Virus record (IMG/VR): IMGVR_UViG_2534682256_000019
DNA: 4,809 nucleotides
Strand: one strand, 5' to 3'
From: a virus
Lineage: Duplodnaviria; Heunggongvirae; Uroviricota; Caudoviricetes
Below are positions 1 through 4,809 of this stretch, in pieces; position 1 is the stretch's first letter, and each line of letters begins with the position of its first letter. A program made the position numbers and the translations under genes. The notes beneath the pieces are model-generated. The model did not search any database. It was not told where the DNA came from and saw only the letters and a program-made list of their open reading frames with translations.

Positions 1-126
1 GGGGAAAAACGAGTATTTTTAGTCATCCTGTTTACCTCTTTCTCAGGGAGTTTAGTCTCCAGGATTTCCGGGGCGGTTCAGTATGGCGAGAACACAGGTT
101 ATCTGGCTGAAAGAGGGGGTTATTAA
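1..126 (+). CDS. Possible 3' end of an upstream CDS (partial, product unknown)
   Basis: Frame 1 is open from position 1 to a TAA at 124-126, ending 3 nt before the rusA GTG; tight packing is typical of lambdoid nin-region operons. Frame 3 is also open to a TGA at 106-108, so the frame is not certain. No start is visible in the window. Confidence 0.25.
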   Translation, partial: GEKRVFLVILFTSFSGSLVSRISGAVQYGENTGYLAERGGY

Positions 127-129
127 GGC

Positions 130-492
130 GTGAATACCTACAGCATCACATTACCCTGGCCTCCGAGCAATAATCGCTACTACCGGCATAATCGCGGGCG
201 CACGCACATCAGCGCAGAAGGGCAGGCATACCGTGATAACGTCGCCCGAATCATCAAAGGCTCCATGCTGGATATCGGCCTGGCTATGCCAGTGAAAATC
301 CGTATTGAGTGCCACATGCCGGATCGCCGTCGCCGTGACCTGGATAATCTGCAAAAAGCCGCTTTTGACGCACTCACCAAAGCAGGTTTCTGGCTGGATG
401 ATGCTCAGGTCGTTGATTACCGTGTTGTGAAGATGCCCGTTACCAAAGGTGGGAAGCTGGAGCTGACCATCACCGAACTGGGGAATGAATGA
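130..492 (+). CDS. rusA: RusA crossover junction endodeoxyribonuclease (Holliday junction resolvase)
   Basis: 120-aa ORF; the sequence [26 protein letters not shown]...DDAQVVDY matches my memory of E. coli prophage RusA almost residue for residue. GTG start at 130 preceded by GAGGGGG (113-119); a TAA lies in frame immediately upstream, so no longer form is possible. Confidence 0.93.
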
Positions 493-629
493 TGTTTGAG
501 TCTTATATGGCAGAACGTCTTCGCCACCGCTGGATGCGCCTGCGCTTATATCGTTTTCCTGGTTCTGTTTTGACCGATTACCGGATACTGAAGAATTACG
601 CCAAAACACTGAAAGGAGCTGCCGCATGA
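492..629 (+). CDS. ylcG: Small basic protein, YlcG-like (45 aa), translationally coupled between rusA and Q
   Basis: ATG at 492-494 shares A492 with the rusA TGA stop (490-492); its TGA stop (627-629) overlaps the Q ATG (626-628). Translation: [45 protein letters not shown]. Position and size agree with the small ylcG ORF that I recall between rusA and the Q gene in E. coli DLP12. Not in the supplied ORF track because it is under 60 aa. Confidence 0.5.
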   Translation: MFESYMAERLRHRWMRLRLYRFPGSVLTDYRILKNYAKTLKGAAA

Positions 630-1315
630 ATACCCAATATTTACAGTATGTCCGCGAGCAACTCATTGTGGCTACCGCTGATTTGAGCGGAGCAACGAAA
701 GGACAGCTTGAAGCCTGGCTGGAGCATGCACAATTTGATACTGGTACATACAAACGAAAGAAGCCGCGCATTCTGGATGAGGTAACTGGCAGGATGATTA
801 CGCTGGATAATCCGCCGATTTCCGGTAAGCAGTCGTACGCAAAAGGTTCATCCATTGCACTGGTCAGCCAGGTTGAGTTCTCAACCTCGTCATGGCGCCG
901 CGCGGTTCTGTCTCTCGAAGAACATCAGAAAGCGTGGTTGCTGTGGAGTTACAGCGAAAGTGTTCGCTGGGAACATCAGGTCACCATAACGCAGTGGGCA
1001 TGGAGCGAGTTTAAGACTCTGTTGGGTACCAGGAAAATTGCAGGTAAGACACTGGAACGTTTGAAGAAGTTGATCTGGCTGGCGGCACAGGATGTGAAGA
1101 ACGAGCTGGCAGGGCGTAAGACCTATGAATACCAGGAGCTGGCATCACTGGTGGGAGTGACATCAAAAAACTGGTCTGAGACATTTACTGAACGCTGGGT
1201 TGCAATGAAACACATTTTTCTACAGCTTGATAGCCAAGCTTTATTGCTTTTAACGAAAACACGTTCAAAACAAAAGACCACATTTTCACAGCAAGATATT
1301 GCAAAACTGGATTAA
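626..1315 (+). CDS. Putative late-gene antitermination protein Q (non-lambda type; no Cys zinc-finger)
   Basis: 229-aa ORF with a strong SD (AGGAG 614-618, 7 nt before ATG 626). It sits where lambdoid genomes carry Q: just downstream of the nin/rusA genes and just upstream of a promoter-plus-terminator region and the lysis cassette. The call is positional; the protein has no cysteines, so it is not lambda-Q type. Confidence 0.6.
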   Translation: MNTQYLQYVREQLIVATADLSGATKGQLEAWLEHAQFDTGTYKRKKPRILDEVTGRMITLDNPPISGKQSYAKGSSIALVSQVEFSTSSWRRAVLSLEEHQKAWLLWSYSESVRWEHQVTITQWAWSEFKTLLGTRKIAGKTLERLKKLIWLAAQDVKNELAGRKTYEYQELASLVGVTSKNWSETFTERWVAMKHIFLQLDSQALLLLTKTRSKQKTTFSQQDIAKLD

Positions 1316-1327
1316 AAATCATATATT
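1299..1327 (+). promoter_or_regulatory. Candidate sigma70 late promoter (pR'-like) overlapping the 3' end of Q
   Basis: TTGCAA (1299-1304), 17-bp spacer, TATATT (1322-1327); predicted start near 1334-1335. Downstream -10-like elements (TGTAAAT, GATATT) could act as a sigma-dependent pause or Q-loading site. Sequence pattern only. Confidence 0.3.
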
Positions 1328-1382
1328 TTATGTAAATCTGATATTTTGCCAATGTTGTACGCACTGGCAGTAATCCAAATTC

Positions 1383-1417
1383 AAGCCCGAGGTTTAAAGC
1401 CTTGGGCTTTTCTGTTT
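1383..1417 (+). terminator. Intrinsic terminator (tR'-like) about 80 nt downstream of the candidate late promoter
   Basis: Stem AAGCCCGAGG (1383-1392) pairs with CCTTGGGCTT (1400-1409), 10 bp with one G-U, loop TTTAAAG; followed by the T-rich run TTTTCTGTTTCT. Confidence 0.6.
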
Positions 1418-1496
1418 CTGAACGGTGAGTAGCCTTCCAACCTACCCCAGCCAGGGGGTCTTCAGCTGTTGAGTTGATATTGCTTAGCCCTCTGTT

Positions 1497-1522
1497 GCCA
1501 GCTACATGCTGGCTTTTTTATT
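1497..1522 (+). terminator. Second intrinsic terminator upstream of the holin gene
   Basis: GCCAGC (1497-1502), loop TACAT, GCTGGC (1508-1513), followed directly by TTTTTTATT (1514-1522). Confidence 0.6.
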
Positions 1523-1624
1523 CCAGGCTTGTGGGGAGCATCAACTCCGTGCTTTGTCGTTAAATTACCCCGTGAGCCTGATTTCTGACATTTAACGTCC
1601 CGGCCTTTTGTCGGCGGCGAAACA

Positions 1625-1942
1625 TTGGCTATTCATATGCACGAAAAAGAGAGCCTTGCCGGAGCGTTCTGGCTCGTTTTGCTGATCATCGCAGGTTGGG
1701 GCGGTCTGGTCCGCTACCTGATAGATGTGAAGCAGAGTAAAGCAACGTGGAGTTGGATAAATGCTCTGGCTCAAATAGTGGTATCAGGATTCACCGGTGT
1801 TATTGGTGGCCTGATCAGCATCGAAAGTGGATTCAGTATTTACATGATTCTCGCGACAGCGGGGATTAGTGGTGCGATGGGTTCGGTTGCACTGACGTAC
1901 TTCTGGGAACGACTGACAGGGGTGAAAAATGCAAAATCTTAA
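1625..1942 (+). CDS. Holin (class I-like, three predicted transmembrane segments); possible dual start TTG 1625 / ATG 1637
   Basis: 105-aa ORF directly upstream of and overlapping the endolysin gene by 14 nt. Three hydrophobic stretches (AGAFWLVLLIIAGWGGLV, WINALAQIVVSGFTGVIGGLI, FSIYMILATAGISGAMGSVALTYF) and a charged C-terminus. The ORF-track start at 1625 is TTG; the first ATG is at 1637 (MHEKESLAG...). Confidence 0.8.
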   Translation: MAIHMHEKESLAGAFWLVLLIIAGWGGLVRYLIDVKQSKATWSWINALAQIVVSGFTGVIGGLISIESGFSIYMILATAGISGAMGSVALTYFWERLTGVKNAKS

Positions 1943-2405
1943 TCCTCAGCGTAAAGCCTTCCTCGATATGTTGGCGTGGTCAGAAGGAACGGATAACGGG
2001 CGACAACCGACACGTAACCACGGTTATGATGTTATTGTTGGCGGCGAACTGTTTACTGATTACTCCGATCACCCTCGCAAACTTGTCACGCTACACCCCA
2101 AACTCAAATCAACAGCCGCCGGACGTTATCAGCTTCTTTCACGCTGGTGGGATGCTTACCGTAAACAGCTTGGTTTGAAAGACTTCTCCCCCAAAAGCCA
2201 GGACGCAGTGGCATTGCAGCAGATTAAAGAGCGTGGTGCTTTACCTATGATTGATCGCGGTGATATCCGTCAGGCAATCGACCGTTGCAGTAATATCTGG
2301 GCTTCACTGCCGGGCGCTGGTTATGGTCAGTTCGAGCATAAGGCTGACAGCCTGATTGCAAAATTCAAAGAAGCTGGCGGAACGGTCAGAGAGAGTGAGG
2401 TATGA
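1929..2405 (+). CDS. R: Endolysin, lambda R-type lytic transglycosylase
   Basis: 158 aa; from residue 7 onward ([20 protein letters not shown]...) it matches my memory of phage lambda R closely, including the catalytic Glu in the AWSEGTD motif. Its stop overlaps the Rz start (ATGA at 2402-2405). Confidence 0.93.
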   Translation: MQNLNPQRKAFLDMLAWSEGTDNGRQPTRNHGYDVIVGGELFTDYSDHPRKLVTLHPKLKSTAAGRYQLLSRWWDAYRKQLGLKDFSPKSQDAVALQQIKERGALPMIDRGDIRQAIDRCSNIWASLPGAGYGQFEHKADSLIAKFKEAGGTVRESEV

Positions 2406-2863
2406 GCAGAATAACCGCGATTATCTCCGCTCTGCTCATCTGCATCATCGTCTGCCTGTCATGGGCTGTTAATCATTACCGTGATAACGCCATTACCTAC
2501 AAAGCCCAGCGCGACAAAAATGCCAGAGAACTGAAGCTGGCGAACGTGGCAATTACTGACATGCAGATGCGTCAGCGTGATGTTGCTGCGCTCGATGCAA
2601 AATACACGAAGGAGTTAGCTGATGCGAAAGCTGAAAATGATGCTCTGCATGATGATGTTGCCGCTGGTCGTCGTCGGTTGCACATCAAAGCAGTCTGTCA
2701 GTCAGTGCGTGAAGCCACCACCGCCTCCGGCGTGGATAATGCAGCCTCCCCCCGACTGGCAGACACCGCTGAACGGGATTATTTCACCCTCAGAGAGAGG
2801 CTGATCACTATGCAAAAACAACTGGAAGGAACCCAGAAGTATATTAATGAGCAGTGCAGATAG
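2402..2863 (+). CDS. Rz: Rz spanin, inner-membrane subunit (i-spanin)
   Basis: 153 aa with an N-terminal TM segment ([20 protein letters not shown]) and a coiled-coil-like periplasmic region; near-identical to lambda Rz as I recall it. Confidence 0.93.
   Translation: MSRITAIISALLICIIVCLSWAVNHYRDNAITYKAQRDKNARELKLANVAITDMQMRQRDVAALDAKYTKELADAKAENDALHDDVAAGRRRLHIKAVCQSVREATTASGVDNAASPRLADTAERDYFTLRERLITMQKQLEGTQKYINEQCR
2622..2804 (+). CDS. Rz1: Rz1 spanin, outer-membrane lipoprotein subunit (o-spanin), embedded in the +1 frame of Rz
   Basis: 60-aa ORF wholly inside Rz in another frame, with its own SD (GGAG 2611-2614, 7 nt before ATG 2622), a lipobox LVVVGC (Cys20) and a proline-rich mature region ([15 protein letters not shown]). 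This is the classic lambda Rz1 architecture. Confidence 0.9.
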   Translation: MRKLKMMLCMMMLPLVVVGCTSKQSVSQCVKPPPPPAWIMQPPPDWQTPLNGIISPSERG

Positions 2864-2888
2864 AGCTGCCCATATCGATGGGCAGCTC
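2863..2888. terminator. Perfect 11-bp hairpin between convergent Rz and bor (possible bidirectional terminator)
   Basis: GAGCTGCCCAT (2863-2873), loop ATCG, ATGGGCAGCTC (2878-2888); it begins at the last base of the Rz stop codon and ends 7 nt before the bor stop codon. No strong U-tract on either side. Confidence 0.4.
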
Positions 2889-2894
2889 ATGCAA

Positions 2895-3188
2895 TTATTG
2901 TGAGCAATACACACGCGCTTCCAGCGGAGTATAAATGCCTAAAGTAATAAAACCGAGCAATCCATTTACGAATGTTTGCTGGGTTTCTGTTTTAACAACA
3001 TTTTCTGCGCCGCCACAAATTTTAGCTGCATCGACAGTTTTCTTCTGCCCAATTCCAGAGACGAAGAAATGGTGGGTGATGGTTTCCTTTGGTGTTACTG
3101 CTGCCGGTTTGTTTTGAACAGTAAACGTCTGTTGGGCACATCCTGTAATAAGCAGGGCCAGCGCAGTAGCGAGTAGCATTTTTTTCAT
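2895..3188 (-). CDS. bor: Bor outer-membrane lipoprotein (serum-resistance lipoprotein, lysogenic conversion)
   Basis: 97 aa with a signal peptide and lipobox (MKKMLLATALALLITGCAQ); it matches my recollection of lambda Bor and sits convergent to Rz, as in lambda. Confidence 0.92.
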   Translation of the reverse strand: MKKMLLATALALLITGCAQQTFTVQNKPAAVTPKETITHHFFVSGIGQKKTVDAAKICGGAENVVKTETQQTFVNGLLGFITLGIYTPLEARVYCSQ

Positions 3189-3321
3189 GGTGTTATTCCC
3201 GATGCTTTTTAAAGTTCGCAGAATCGTATGTGTAGAAAATTAAACAAACCCTAAACAATGAGTTGAAATCTCATATTGTTAATATTTATTAATGTATGTC
3301 AGATGCGAAGGATCGTCACTG

Positions 3322-3387
3322 TATTCCCGGATTAACTATGTCCGCAGCCCTGACAGGGAAACTCCTCTGCGGGAGTGTCCGGGAATA
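3322..3387. repeat. Nested inverted-repeat element in the bor to ybcV-like intergenic region
   Basis: Perfect 10-bp outer inverted repeat TATTCCCGGA (3322-3331) / TCCGGGAATA (3378-3387); inside it CCGCAG (3342-3347) / CTGCGG (3367-3372), and a central palindrome CCCTGACAGGG (3348-3358). Confidence 0.5.
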
Positions 3388-3479
3388 ATTAATAACGATG
3401 CACACAGGGTTTAGCGCGTACACGTATTGCATTATGCCAACGCCCCGGTGCTGACACGGAAGAAACCGGACGTGATGAT

Positions 3480-3890
3480 TTAGCGTGGAAAGATTTGTGT
3501 AGTGTTCTGAATGCTCTCAGTAAATAGTAATGAATTATCAAAGGCATAGTAATATCTTTTATGTTCGTGGATATTTGTAACCCATCGGAAAACTCCTGCT
3601 TTAGCAAGATTTTCCCTGTATTGCTGAAATGTGATTTCTCTTGATTTCAACCTATCATAGGACGTTTCTATAAGATGCGTATTTCTTGAGAATTTAACAT
3701 TCACAACCTTTTTAAGTCCTTTTATTAACACAGTGTTATCGTTTTCTAACACAATGTGAATATTATCTGTGGCTAGATAGTAAATATAATGTGAGACATT
3801 GTGACGTTTTAGTTCAGAATAAAACAATTCACAGTTTAAATCTTTTCGCACTTGATCGAATATTTCTTTAAAAATGGCAACCTGAGCCAT
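3480..3890 (-). CDS. ybcV: Hypothetical protein, YbcV-like (136 aa from the ATG; the ORF stays open to a TTG at 4013 giving 177 aa)
   Basis: Long minus-strand ORF in an AT-rich segment (hand counts give 18-19 G+C per 60 nt in rows 3661-3780, against 32 per 60 in the endolysin row 2041-2100). The ATG at 3888-3890 has an SD-like GGAAGG 8 nt upstream on the minus strand; the first in-frame ATG (3930-3932) and the TTG (4011-4013) have none. Position (next to bor) and the 136-aa size match my recollection of ybcV in DLP12 and the ORF beside bor in lambda. Function unknown. Confidence 0.7.
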   Translation of the reverse strand: MAQVAIFKEIFDQVRKDLNCELFYSELKRHNVSHYIYYLATDNIHIVLENDNTVLIKGLKKVVNVKFSRNTHLIETSYDRLKSREITFQQYRENLAKAGVFRWVTNIHEHKRYYYAFDNSLLFTESIQNTTQIFPR

Positions 3891-4175
3891 TGGTAAAACC
3901 TTCCATGTGATACGAGGGCGCGTAGTTTGCATTATCGTTTTTATCGTTTCAATCTGGTCTGACCTCTTTGTGTTTTGTTGATGATTTATGTCAAATATTA
4001 GGAATGTTTTCAATTAATAGTATTGGTTGCGTAACAAAGTGCGGTCCTGCTGGCATTCTGGAGGGAAATACAACCGACAGATGTATGTAAGGCCAACGTG
4101 CTCAAATCTTCATACAGAAAGATTTGAAGTAATATTTTAACCGCTAGATGAAGAGCAAGCGCATGGAGCGACAAA

Positions 4176-4382
4176 ATGAATAAAGAACAATCTGCTGATG
4201 ATCCCTCCGTGGATCTGATTCGTGTAAAAAATATGCTTAATAGCACCATTTCTATGAGTTACCCTGATGTTGTAATTGCATGTATAGAACATAAGGTGTC
4301 TCTGGAAGCATTCAGGGCAATTGAGGCAGCGTTGGTGAAGCACGATAATAATATGAAGGATTATTCCCTGGTGGTTGACTGA
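4176..4382 (+). CDS. ybcW: Hypothetical small protein (68 aa), YbcW-like
   Basis: ATG at 4176 with a strong SD (GGAG 4165-4168, 7-nt spacing). Mildly acidic 68-aa product. Order and size match the small ORF after the bor-adjacent gene in lambda and DLP12 as I recall them. Confidence 0.65.
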
Positions 4383-4546
4383 TCACCATAACTGCTAATC
4401 ATTCAAACTACTTAACCTGTGACAGAGCCAACACGCAGTCTGTCACTGTCAGGAAAGTGGTAAAACTGCAACTCAATTACTGCAATGCCCTCGTAATTAA
4501 GTGAATTTACAATATCGTCCTGTTCGGAGGGAAGAACGCGGGATGT

Positions 4547-4741
4547 TCATTCTTCATCACTTTTAATTGATGTATATGCTCTCTTTTCTGACGTTAGCCT
4601 CCGACGGCAGGCTTCAATGACCCAGGCTGAGAAATTTCCGGACCCTTTTTGATCAAGAGCGATGTTAATTTGTTCAATCATTTGGTTAGGAAAGCGGATG
4701 TTGCGGGTTGTTGTTCTGCGGGTTCTGTTCTTCGTTGACAT
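4547..4741 (-). CDS. ylcI: Small putative DNA-binding protein with ribbon-helix-helix-like features (64 aa), YlcI-like
   Basis: 64-aa minus-strand ORF: basic N-terminus (MSTKNRTRRTTTR), then a candidate beta-strand NIRFP and two helix-like segments (NQMIEQINIALDQKG, NFSAWVIEACRRRL), the pattern of Arc/MetJ/CopG proteins. Size and position match my recollection of ylcI in DLP12. The SD is weak. Confidence 0.6.
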   Translation of the reverse strand: MSTKNRTRRTTTRNIRFPNQMIEQINIALDQKGSGNFSAWVIEACRRRLTSEKRAYTSIKSDEE

Positions 4742-4809
4742 GAGGTTGCCCCGTATTCAGTGTCGCTGATTTGTATTGTCTGAAGTTGTTTTTACGTTAA
4801 GTTGATGCG

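Noticed and set aside
151-855. 234-aa minus-strand ORF (and the 66-aa ORF at 180-380) antisense to rusA, the YlcG-like ORF and Q
   Set aside because: Fully antisense to a confidently recognised RusA gene and to the coupled downstream ORFs; no independent start or SD support. Taken as a chance open frame in GC-balanced coding DNA.
1316-1624. Possible tRNA gene between Q and the holin, as found in some Stx-type lambdoid phages
   Set aside because: No T-loop-like GTTCRANYC motif, no CCA-ending acceptor-stem pairing and no cloverleaf-compatible repeats seen; the region is better explained by the promoter and two terminators.
1592-1774. 60-aa minus-strand ORF overlapping the holin start
   Set aside because: Antisense to the holin gene, which has strong positional and hydropathy support; no RBS.
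2702-2914. 70-aa minus-strand ORF across the Rz/Rz1 3' end
   Set aside because: Antisense to two overlapping, well-supported genes; it also spans the Rz-bor hairpin.
2935-3176. Two plus-strand ORFs (60 and 66 aa) inside bor
   Set aside because: Antisense to bor, which has a clear lipoprotein signal and lambda homology.
3389-3607. 72-aa minus-strand ORF overlapping the 3' end of the ybcV-like gene
   Set aside because: It overlaps the better-supported ybcV-like ORF in another frame and extends into the structured intergenic region; no RBS.
4148-4183. 11-codon upstream ORF ([11 protein letters not shown]) overlapping the ybcW-like start
   Set aside because: No SD in front of it and too short to assess; noted only as a possible leader peptide.
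4010-4343. Two minus-strand ORFs (79 and 68 aa) overlapping the ybcW-like gene and its upstream region
   Set aside because: The plus-strand ybcW-like ORF has a strong SD and matches the known lambda/DLP12 gene order; the minus-strand frames lack start signals and are likely products of AT-rich sequence.
4383-4546. Hairpin-like repeats (TGACAGA...TCTGTCA, tandem CTGTCA) between the convergent ybcW-like and YlcI-like genes
   Set aside because: Stems are short and imperfect with no U-tract. Possibly a weak terminator, but the evidence is too thin to call a feature.
4742-4809. Phage cohesive-end (cos) site or terminase-binding repeats at the window end
   Set aside because: If the element is collinear with lambda, cos would lie beyond the window end. 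No 12-nt cosN-like symmetric sequence or repeated R-box motif is recognisable here.

Overview
This window reads as the late-control and lysis region of a lambdoid (lambda-like) phage or prophage from an enterobacterium, followed by an AT-rich accessory ('moron') block. Plus-strand order: a possible 3' end of an upstream gene; RusA Holliday-junction resolvase (130-492, GTG start); a 45-codon YlcG-like ORF (492-629) whose start and stop overlap its neighbours; a 229-aa protein in the position of the late antiterminator Q (626-1315); a short control region with a candidate late promoter and two intrinsic terminators (about 1299-1522); then the lysis cassette of holin (1625-1942), lambda-R-type endolysin (1929-2405), Rz (2402-2863) and Rz1 embedded in the +1 frame of Rz (2622-2804). 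A perfect hairpin separates Rz from the convergent bor lipoprotein gene (2895-3188, minus). Beyond bor lies an AT-rich block with three small uncharacterised genes: a YbcV-like ORF (minus), a 68-aa YbcW-like ORF (plus) and a 64-aa YlcI-like putative ribbon-helix-helix protein (minus), separated by repeat-rich intergenic DNA. R, Rz, Rz1 and bor look essentially lambda-like, whereas RusA, Q and the holin are of other lambdoid types, so the element is mosaic. No tRNA, rRNA, CRISPR array, IS element or cos site is visible. The most likely place for anything undescribed is the bor-distal block (3190-4809). Product assignments rest on my recollection of phage lambda and E. coli cryptic-prophage proteins and on synteny, not on any database search.
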